The notes beneath the pieces are model-generated. The model had not been told where the DNA came from. It ran no database searches and was given only the letters and a program-made list of their open reading frames with translations. This document shows, one piece after another, positions 57,204-64,000 of a stretch of DNA of 64,000 nt (its first letter is position 1; every line of letters starts with the position of its first letter). A program made the position numbers and the translations under genes. Origin of the DNA: an uncultured Peptostreptococcaceae bacterium (lineage in GTDB: Bacteria; Bacillota; Clostridia; Peptostreptococcales; BM714); contig CAZTZB010000003.1 in assembly GCA_964617505.1 (NCBI GenBank), positions 7,968 to 71,967 of the forward strand. Reading direction: 5' to 3'.

Positions 57204-58046
57204 GTGAAATTTTCAAAAATGCATGGAACGGGCAACGATTTTATTATTACAGGGATAGACTCTGTGACAAGTGAAAGCTTTGACGCAGCAATACTTTCAA
57301 AGATGATTTGCAACCGGCATTTTGGCGTGGGAGCGGATGGGTTCATGTTTTACATGGAATCAGATATTGCCGATATAAAGATGCTATACTATAATTCGGA
57401 TGGAACGAAAGCGGAAATGTGCGGAAATGGTATAAGATGCTTCGCGAGATATGTATATGAAAAAGGGAAAGTTGAGAATACTGAATTTACAATTGAAACT
57501 GATGCAGGTGTATACACAGTTGCCATAGAAGAAAAATGCTTGGTAGAAGTTGAAATGGGGCTTCCGATTTCGGATGCTTGCAGCGTACCGGTTATTGGTG
57601 GCCGGAGTGAAAAGTTTTTTAAAGAAGAAATCGAAACACAGTATGGAAAAATAGAAGTTAGCGCTGTGCGAATGGGTGTACCTCATACCGTTGTTTTTGA
57701 AGTGCCAAATCAGACCCATGATGTTGAAAAATGGGGAAGCGAAATCGAAAAACTAAAAAAAGTTTTTCCTGAAGGAACAAATGTGAATTTTGTAAAAATA
57801 CTCTCTGAAAACAAGATTGCAGTTGAAACATGGGAACGCGGTGCAGGCAAGACACTTTCATGTGGAACAGGTGTATGCGCCTCTGCATACCTGGCTCATA
57901 TCTTTGGATATGTAGGCGGAAAAGTAGATGTTAAGGTTCCGGGAGGAAGTTTGACAATAGGGATCAAGGAGAATTCCTTGTATATGAAAGGCGAAGCCAT
58001 ACTGATTTGTGATGGAGATTTTCATTTGGAGAAATGTGATCTGTGA
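57204..58046 (+). CDS. dapF: diaminopimelate epimerase
   Basis: The GTG start follows a GGGAGAG SD. It has KMHGTGNDFI and the two catalytic Cys contexts MCGNGIRC and SCGTG. Confidence 0.9.
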   Translation: MKFSKMHGTGNDFIITGIDSVTSESFDAAILSKMICNRHFGVGADGFMFYMESDIADIKMLYYNSDGTKAEMCGNGIRCFARYVYEKGKVENTEFTIETDAGVYTVAIEEKCLVEVEMGLPISDACSVPVIGGRSEKFFKEEIETQYGKIEVSAVRMGVPHTVVFEVPNQTHDVEKWGSEIEKLKKVFPEGTNVNFVKILSENKIAVETWERGAGKTLSCGTGVCASAYLAHIFGYVGGKVDVKVPGGSLTIGIKENSLYMKGEAILICDGDFHLEKCDL

Positions 58047-58056
58047 TATAATAAAT

Positions 58057-58091
58057 AGTGGCGTTTATAGCTAATGCCACTTTATTTTTTT
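58057..58091 (+). terminator. rho-independent terminator after dapF
   Basis: Hairpin agtggcgtt-tatagct-aatgccact followed by tttattttttt. Confidence 0.75.
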
Positions 58092-58107
58092 GAAAAAGGT
58101 GATAAAT

Positions 58108-60402
58108 TTGAATAATACTAAAAATAGAAAAAAAAAGAAGCTTAGTACAAAACAGAAGGTTGGTACAAAACAAAAGAATGTTAAAAAGCATTTGATTTTG
58201 CCATTTGTTATGCTTGCTGTCGGAATAATGCTTTTACTAAGCCTGTATACAGATTCTGCAGGTATTTTAGGACAATGGCTAAAGAATGTTTTTGGAGGAT
58301 TATTTAACGGAAATGCTTCATATATGGCATTCGTATTGATTTTGACAGCGGTTCTGCAGATGCTTGACAAGAACCATGCGTTGAGAAGTATGGGCGTTTT
58401 AGTGTGTTTCATTGTTTCAGGATCTGTTTTGCATGGAATTATGGGCAGCATCCCAAGGAGCTTTAACGTGCAAGAAATTGCAAGCTACTATGGCAGCGGC
58501 GTTTCAGGCGAGGCATCGGGATTGGTTAATAGAATGATATATTCTATGGCGGTTAAGCTGCTTGGAACATACGGGAGCTTGCTTTTGGTAGCGGTACTAG
58601 TACTTATAGGGGCTGCAATCATATTTGACAAATCAATTATGGAAATAGTAAAAGAGCTTGCAAGAGGATTGAAATGGGCTTTTGGAGTGCTGATGAACTG
58701 GTTTTTAAAAATATTTACTAAAGAGGAATCTCAAGTCAAAGATCGTAGAAAGAAAAAGGAAATCGGCAATAAGGAAGAAGTAAGGGGAAAAGAGGAAGAA
58801 ACAGGAAAGCAAACATCAATAAAGGTAATAGATTATGCAAAAGAGTATAGTGAACGAAAAAACTCGGGCGAAAAAGCAAAAAAAGAAGAGAAGTCTGATA
58901 TACAAGGCGAATCAAAAGCAAAAAATCAAAAGGATGAAATTTCTGAATCGCTAAAAATCAACAGTGAAATAGCAAAATCGGGCATTCAGGAAAACTATAT
59001 TAAGTACAGATTGCCAAGCTTGGATTTACTTGACCAATCACCTGAAGTTGGGAATGGAATGGACAAGAAGTCGGTTTTAAAAAAAGCCAAAAAACTAGAG
59101 CAAATACTTGACGATTTTGGAGTGGATGCGAAAGTAATTCAAGTCAGCAGAGGGCCTACAATCACGAGATATGAGATCCAACCGAAGCCAGGGGTCAAAG
59201 TAAGTCGCATTGTTTCTCTGTCCGATGACATAGCACTAAATCTTGCGGCAAGGAACATACGGATTGAAGCGCCTATCCCGGGAAAGGCGGCTGTTGGTAT
59301 AGAGGTCCCAAATGAGGGCAATTCGCTGGTGTGCCTGAGGGAAATCCTTGAAAGCAGCGTTTTTAATGAGAAGAAAAGTGGATTGAATTTTGCATTGGGG
59401 AAAGACATATCGGGAAATCCAATAGTATCGGATCTTACTGAAATGCCGCATTTGCTGATTGCAGGAGCCACGGGATCAGGTAAAAGTGTATGCGTAAACG
59501 CCCTGATAACAAGCCTGTTGTTTTCAAAAAGACCGGATGAAGTGAAATTTCTGATGATAGATCCTAAGGTTGTCGAATTAAATCAATATAATGGCATTCC
59601 TCATCTAATCATGCCGGTTGTAACAGATCCGCAAAAATCAGCGGCGGCTCTAAACTGGATTGTGCGTGAGATGAATGAAAGGTACAAGATATTTGCTGAA
59701 AACAATGTTAGGGATATAAAAAGCTACAATAAAAGTCAGGAAAACGAGAACATGTATCAAATAGTTGTAATAATTGACGAACTTTCGGATCTAATGATGG
59801 TTGCACCAAGCCAGGTTGAGGATGCGATATGTAGAATAGCTCAAATGGCGAGGGCGGCTGGTATCCATCTAATTGTTGCAACGCAGCGACCGTCTGTAGA
59901 TGTAATAACCGGAATAATAAAAGCAAACATTCCGTCGAGAATTGCCTTTGCGGTTTCATCACAGATTGATTCTCGAACGATTCTGGATATGGGGGGAGCG
60001 GAAAAACTGCTTGGGAAGGGAGACATGCTTCATTATCCTGTTGGACAGTCCAAACCGAGGAGAATACAAGGAGTATTTGTTTCAGACATTGAAACAAAAA
60101 GAGTACTTAACCACATAAAATCGCAAGTTGGCGAGGTTGAATACGAAGAGATACCCACCGAGACTTTTGAAAAAGACAATGTAGACGATACCGATGAACT
60201 TTTACCCGAGGTTATTGAAACGGTTGCGGCAATGGAGCAAATATCCATATCAATGTTGCAAAGGAGATATAGGATAGGATATAACCGTGCGGCTCGCATG
60301 ATAGATGAAATGGAAAAAAGAGGAATAGTAAGTAAAAGTGACGGAAAAAAACCAAGAAACGTATTGATAAATGAGGGAGATTTGGAAAACAATTATGAGT
60401 AA
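58108..60402 (+). CDS. ftsK: DNA translocase FtsK/SpoIIIE
   Basis: It has N-terminal TM helices and a K/E-rich linker. The motor domain has the Walker A motif GATGSGKS, and a gamma (winged-helix) domain sits at the C-terminus. I prefer TTG 58108, 5 nt after an AAGGTGA SD. The track start 58090 lies in the terminator T-run. Confidence 0.9.
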   Translation: MNNTKNRKKKKLSTKQKVGTKQKNVKKHLILPFVMLAVGIMLLLSLYTDSAGILGQWLKNVFGGLFNGNASYMAFVLILTAVLQMLDKNHALRSMGVLVCFIVSGSVLHGIMGSIPRSFNVQEIASYYGSGVSGEASGLVNRMIYSMAVKLLGTYGSLLLVAVLVLIGAAIIFDKSIMEIVKELARGLKWAFGVLMNWFLKIFTKEESQVKDRRKKKEIGNKEEVRGKEEETGKQTSIKVIDYAKEYSERKNSGEKAKKEEKSDIQGESKAKNQKDEISESLKINSEIAKSGIQENYIKYRLPSLDLLDQSPEVGNGMDKKSVLKKAKKLEQILDDFGVDAKVIQVSRGPTITRYEIQPKPGVKVSRIVSLSDDIALNLAARNIRIEAPIPGKAAVGIEVPNEGNSLVCLREILESSVFNEKKSGLNFALGKDISGNPIVSDLTEMPHLLIAGATGSGKSVCVNALITSLLFSKRPDEVKFLMIDPKVVELNQYNGIPHLIMPVVTDPQKSAAALNWIVREMNERYKIFAENNVRDIKSYNKSQENENMYQIVVIIDELSDLMMVAPSQVEDAICRIAQMARAAGIHLIVATQRPSVDVITGIIKANIPSRIAFAVSSQIDSRTILDMGGAEKLLGKGDMLHYPVGQSKPRRIQGVFVSDIETKRVLNHIKSQVGEVEYEEIPTETFEKDNVDDTDELLPEVIETVAAMEQISISMLQRRYRIGYNRAARMIDEMEKRGIVSKSDGKKPRNVLINEGDLENNYE

Positions 60403-61771
60403 TATAATTAAAGCGGGTTTTGGAAAGAAAAATAAAAGATTTTTTATAGAAACACTCGGATGCTCGAAAAATCAAGTTGATTCGGAATTTATGGCTGGCA
60501 GGTTGATAAAATTTGGATACGAGATGACGAATGATTTCAATAATGCCGATTATATAATAGTTAACACATGCGGTTTCATAGGCGATGCAATGGAAGAATC
60601 AATCAACATGATATTGGAGTATGGAACAATCAAAACGAGCGGGCAAACTCTTATTGCAGCAGGATGTCTTTCGGAAAGATTTGCAGAAGAAATTGCAAAA
60701 GAAATTCCTGAAATAGATTTAATAATTGGAGTTACAAGATTCCTGGAATTGCCCGAAATTCTGTCCGATTACGAAAAAAACGGACAGAGAATTGTGAGGG
60801 TAGGGGATATAGACAGGTATGTTGAATATTGTGAAAAAGAGAGAGTCCTTTTAAATCCGGGCCATTACGCATATGTAAAGATTTCAGAAGGCTGTGACAA
60901 CAGGTGCACATACTGCACAATACCAGCCTTTAAAGGAAGATATAAGAGCAGACGAATCCAAGATATATTGCTAGAAGCAAAGGACTTGGCCGATAGGGGC
61001 GTAAAGGAAATAATTCTTATTGCGCAGGATACGACCAAATATGGAATAGACATATACGGCGAATTCAAGCTTGTTGATTTGCTTGAAGCGCTTGTAGAAA
61101 TACACGGCATAGAGTGGATAAGAGTATTGTATGCTTATCCGGATGTTTTAGACGAGCAACTTATAGATACAATAGGGAAACATGATAAAATATGCAATTA
61201 TCTTGATATGCCGATTCAGCATTGCCATGATGATGTACTAAAAAAAATGAACCGCCATACATCAGAAAGCGATATAGAAAGAGTGTTGGCAGTGATTAGG
61301 GAGTATGTTCCTGACATGTCAATAAGGACGACCATCATGGTAGGCTTTCCTGGAGAGAGCGCGGATGCATTTGAAAAATTAATTGGATTTGTTGAAAAAA
61401 ATAAATTCGACAAGCTGGGCGTATTCGAGTATTCGCCGGAAGAAGGGACTCCTGCTGCAAGCATGGATTCTCAAATAGAGATTCAGACAAAGGCCGATAG
61501 AAAAGCTCGAATAATGATGCTTCAATGCGATATTTCAAAAGAAGCAAATCAAAAAAAGATAGGGAAAACCTTCAAGACAATGATAGATGAAAAAATTGAA
61601 AATGAAGATGTTTACTTAGGAAGAACACAATACGACGCCCCGGAAGTAGACGGCTTGGTCTATGTCAATACAGATAGAGTGCTTGAGCCCGGAGAATTTG
61701 TGAATGTAAGGATAACCGATGCGCTGGAATATGATTTGATTGGGGTGATTGACGATGAATCTGCCGAATAA
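60395..61771 (+). CDS. rimO: ribosomal protein S12 methylthiotransferase RimO
   Basis: It has the MTTase N-domain IETLGCSKNQVDSE, the radical-SAM cluster CDNRCTYCTIP, YAYPD...YLDMPIQH and a TRAM C-terminus. ATG 60395 overlaps the ftsK stop. Confidence 0.8.
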   Translation: MSNIIKAGFGKKNKRFFIETLGCSKNQVDSEFMAGRLIKFGYEMTNDFNNADYIIVNTCGFIGDAMEESINMILEYGTIKTSGQTLIAAGCLSERFAEEIAKEIPEIDLIIGVTRFLELPEILSDYEKNGQRIVRVGDIDRYVEYCEKERVLLNPGHYAYVKISEGCDNRCTYCTIPAFKGRYKSRRIQDILLEAKDLADRGVKEIILIAQDTTKYGIDIYGEFKLVDLLEALVEIHGIEWIRVLYAYPDVLDEQLIDTIGKHDKICNYLDMPIQHCHDDVLKKMNRHTSESDIERVLAVIREYVPDMSIRTTIMVGFPGESADAFEKLIGFVEKNKFDKLGVFEYSPEEGTPAASMDSQIEIQTKADRKARIMMLQCDISKEANQKKIGKTFKTMIDEKIENEDVYLGRTQYDAPEVDGLVYVNTDRVLEPGEFVNVRITDALEYDLIGVIDDESAE

Positions 61772-62267
61772 GATAACGGTGACAAGGATTTTAATGGTTC
61801 CGGTATTCATATGGGTACTTTTATCAGGTATTGAAAACTCAAGGTTGATTGCAGCATTGATTTTCACAATAGCTTCATTGACAGATTTTCTTGATGGATA
61901 TTTGGCTAGGAAATATGACTTGGTATCAGATTTTGGAAAGCTTATGGATCCTATGGCGGACAAGATACTTGTAGCATCTGCGTTAATAGCGATGGTACAG
62001 CTTGGAAGAATAACCGTGTGGCCGGTAGCAATCATTTTGGCGAGAGAGTTTTTGATAACCTCGTTCAGATCACTGGCAGCATCAAAGGGATCGGTCATAG
62101 CAGCCAGCATTTGGGGCAAAATAAAGACAAGCACGCAAATATTGGCAATAATATTATTAATGTCAACCAATAATGCCATTGCCGATCTTGCACTTTGGAT
62201 ATCTGTAGGCTTTACAATAATGTCTGCGGTGGATTACATCGTAAAAAATAGAAAAGTCATATCTTAA
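61755..62267 (+). CDS. pgsA: CDP-diacylglycerol--glycerol-3-phosphate 3-phosphatidyltransferase
   Basis: It has the CDP-alcohol phosphotransferase motif DFLDGYLAR......GKLMDPMADK. Confidence 0.9.
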   Translation: MNLPNKITVTRILMVPVFIWVLLSGIENSRLIAALIFTIASLTDFLDGYLARKYDLVSDFGKLMDPMADKILVASALIAMVQLGRITVWPVAIILAREFLITSFRSLAASKGSVIAASIWGKIKTSTQILAIILLMSTNNAIADLALWISVGFTIMSAVDYIVKNRKVIS

Positions 62268-62281
62268 AAAAGGGGAGCCTC

Positions 62282-63535
62282 ATGGATGCAGCGATTTTAA
62301 ATGTGGGAACTGAATTGTTGATGGGAGAAACAGTAAATACAAATGCGACATACTTGTCGGAACAGATGAAGAAATTTGGAGTCAATGTGTATTATCAAAT
62401 TGTCGTTGGGGATAATCATAAAAGATTGCAGAGCGTACTAAGCATTCTTTCGGAAAAGGTTGATGTAATCATAATGACCGGAGGGCTTGGACCTACGAAG
62501 GATGATATGACGAAAGAAGCCGTATCGTCTGTTTTTAAAAGGGAGCTTAAACAAAATCCCGAAGCGGTAAAGCAGATGGAAAATATAATGAAAAGACACG
62601 GAAGATCCATTGATGAAATAACAGAAAATAATTACAGGCAGACATTTTTCCCGGAGGGAAGCAAAATTCTCAAGAATGATATGGGTTCGGCTCCGGGATT
62701 TATTTTGGAAACCTACGAAGGGAAAAAGGCTGTAATATGCCTACCGGGTCCTCCTTTTGAAATGAAAGCAATGTTCAATGCTCATCTCGATGATTATTTT
62801 TCAAAAAAGTCAGAGGTCGGTATCCATTCGAGAGTACTTAGGCTTTCTGGTATAGGAGAGTCTAAGGTAGAAACCGAATTGATGGATTTGATTGAAGCTC
62901 AAGAAGATCCAACTATTGCTACATATGCTAAGCCGGGCGATGTAACAATAAGGGTTGCTAGCAAACAGAAAAACATAGAATCTGCGGAAAAAGCGTTAGA
63001 ACCGACAATAAGAGAGATAAAAAGACGTTTGGGTCAATATATTTATTCTGAAGAAGACAGAGAATTAAATGAAATGATCATAGGTCTTTTGAAAGAAAAA
63101 AAATGGAAGGTTTCCACTGTTGAATCCTGTACAGGAGGATTGCTTGCATCAAATTTTATAGATGTGCCGGGAGCTTCCGAGGCTTTTGAAGAGGGGTTTA
63201 TAACCTATAGCAACGCTTCAAAGCAAAAACGGGTTCGCGTAGATGAAAAAACATTGAATGAATTCGGTGCAGTGAGCACCCAAACTGCTGAAGCAATGGC
63301 AAGGGGCCTTTATGAAGAAGGCAAAAGCAATGTATGCATATCTGTAACCGGTGTCGCCGGGCCTGAAGGCGGAACTATTGAAAAACCCGTGGGACTTGTC
63401 TATGCTGCTTTTCTTGTAAATGGGGAAATGGAGATTGAAACATATAATGTTCGTGGGGATAGAGAAAGGATAAGAGCCTACACTGTCAGAAACATAATGA
63501 AAAAATTATTCCAAATTTTAAAAAAGGTTGATTAA
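62282..63535 (+). CDS. cinA: competence/damage-inducible protein CinA (MoCF-binding domain plus PncC NMN deamidase domain)
   Basis: It has N-terminal GTELL.G...NTN and a C-terminal ESCTGG domain. The pgsA-cinA-recA synteny agrees. Confidence 0.9.
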   Translation: MDAAILNVGTELLMGETVNTNATYLSEQMKKFGVNVYYQIVVGDNHKRLQSVLSILSEKVDVIIMTGGLGPTKDDMTKEAVSSVFKRELKQNPEAVKQMENIMKRHGRSIDEITENNYRQTFFPEGSKILKNDMGSAPGFILETYEGKKAVICLPGPPFEMKAMFNAHLDDYFSKKSEVGIHSRVLRLSGIGESKVETELMDLIEAQEDPTIATYAKPGDVTIRVASKQKNIESAEKALEPTIREIKRRLGQYIYSEEDRELNEMIIGLLKEKKWKVSTVESCTGGLLASNFIDVPGASEAFEEGFITYSNASKQKRVRVDEKTLNEFGAVSTQTAEAMARGLYEEGKSNVCISVTGVAGPEGGTIEKPVGLVYAAFLVNGEMEIETYNVRGDRERIRAYTVRNIMKKLFQILKKVD

Positions 63536-63556
63536 TAGGAATATATGGGATATAAT
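63528..63556 (+). promoter_or_regulatory. sigma-A promoter of recA
   Basis: TTGATT (63528-63533), a 17-nt spacer, then TATAAT (63551-63556). Confidence 0.65.
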
Positions 63557-63564
63557 CAAAAAAA

Positions 63565-63578
63565 AGAACAAATGTTCG
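63565..63578 (+). promoter_or_regulatory. LexA (DinR) SOS box / Cheo box
   Basis: AGAACAAATGTTCG matches the Gram-positive GAAC-N4-GTTC operator. It starts 9 nt downstream of the -10 element. Confidence 0.75.
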
Positions 63579-63618
63579 ATAAGAAAGGTGGGTGAATCCA
63601 GTTTCGCACTGGAACAAT

Positions 63619-64000
63619 ATGGATGAAAAGAAGAAAGCGCTTGACGCAGTATTGACACAAATAGAAAAACAATTTGGCAAGGGTTCAATTATGCGGCTTG
63701 GAGATGATGGAGCCAGAGCCAATGTGGAAGCAATTCCTACTGGAATCTTGGAGCTGGACATTGCCTTGGGCATCGGAGGAATTCCGAAAGGCCGAATAAT
63801 CGAGGTATACGGGCCGGAATCTTCTGGAAAGACAACGGTATCGCTTCATATGATAGCGGAATCACAAAAAAATGGGGGCAATGCGGCCTTCATAGATGTA
63901 GAGCATGCCTTAGATCCTGTTTATGCCGAGAATTTGGGAGTTGACATTGACAACCTGATTCTTTCTCAGCCGGACACAGGAGAACAGGCTCTTGATATAG
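63619..64000 (+). CDS. recA: recombinase RecA (3'-truncated by window edge)
   Basis: It is not in the ORF track because there is no stop inside the window. The translation [29 protein letters not shown]...[12 protein letters not shown]...[12 protein letters not shown] is RecA. An in-frame GTG at 63592 is an alternative start. Confidence 0.93.
   Translation, partial: MDEKKKALDAVLTQIEKQFGKGSIMRLGDDGARANVEAIPTGILELDIALGIGGIPKGRIIEVYGPESSGKTTVSLHMIAESQKNGGNAAFIDVEHALDPVYAENLGVDIDNLILSQPDTGEQALDI

Noticed and set aside
56990-57346. Overlapping 94-aa (+) and 85-aa (-) ORFs in the rqcH-dapF intergenic region.
   Set aside because: The + ORF starts inside rqcH on the antisense strand, and the - ORF runs into dapF. 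Neither has an SD. The region is better explained as divergent promoters for rqcH and dapF.
61616-62179. A 187-aa minus-strand ORF antisense to rimO/pgsA.
   Set aside because: pgsA on the + strand carries the diagnostic CDP-alcohol phosphotransferase motif. The antisense frame has no recognisable features or SD.
1-64000. A search for a novel multi-gene system (defence island, mobile element, toxin-antitoxin, CRISPR, secondary-metabolite cluster).
   Set aside because: Essentially every ORF falls into a well-known housekeeping family, in synteny with B. subtilis/Clostridia core regions. I found no integrase, transposase or recombinase, no repeat arrays outside coding sequence, no tRNA att-type targets, and no block with visibly different composition. 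Only three ORFs are unassigned, and they are not adjacent to each other in a system-like way.

Overview
This window looks like an AT-rich, low-GC Firmicutes core chromosome segment (Clostridia/Tissierellia-like, judged from gene content and synteny). It is densely packed with housekeeping genes. All recognised genes except two (ychF, rqcH) are on the + strand. In order, it contains: (1) the B. subtilis yqe/yqf-type block: rsmE-mtaB-HIT-rpsU-yqeY-phoH-ybeY-DUF3048 lipoprotein-cdd-era-mgtE-recO-DUF4342, T-box-glyQS, ccpN-PDRP-ppdK, dgt-dnaG-sigA, trmK-nif3; (2) RNase P RNA; (3) cobB, DUF1232, hpt, deoC, an ARH-like ORF, ychF(-), an M16 peptidase pair and lgt; (4) a complete dcw cluster: mraZ-rsmH-ftsL-PBP-murE-murF-mraY-murD-ftsW-murG-ftsQ-DUF881x2-sbp-ftsZ; (5) nrdR, a DUF512 radical-SAM protein, der and gpsA; (6) two uncharacterised membrane-anchored ORFs, then yggS-sepF-yggT-ylmH-divIVA; (7) mtnN, rluD, rqcH(-), dapF, ftsK, rimO, pgsA, cinA and the 5' part of recA with an SOS box. 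I found no transposase, integrase, CRISPR array, toxin-antitoxin pair, tRNA or rRNA gene, and no defence-island signature. I do not see sequence support for a new multi-gene system; this is an ordinary conserved region. The observations most worth a second look are small-scale. First, sigA has no ATG/GTG/TTG start upstream of its clearly coding region 1.1; the options are an ATT start with a well-spaced SD, or a frameshift in an A8 tract. Second, a perfect 10-bp tandem duplication forms the stop/start junction of the two M16 peptidase genes, and losing one unit would fuse them in frame. Third, an ADP-ribosylglycohydrolase-like ORF has degenerate metal-binding motifs. Fourth, ftsA and several sporulation loci are missing from their usual syntenic slots. 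Fifth, there are a few candidate operators and leaders (mraZ, ccpN, rpsU). The ORF track missed two genes, rpsU (58 codons) and recA (runs off the window). It also over-extended several N-termini, including glyQS across its T-box leader and murD.
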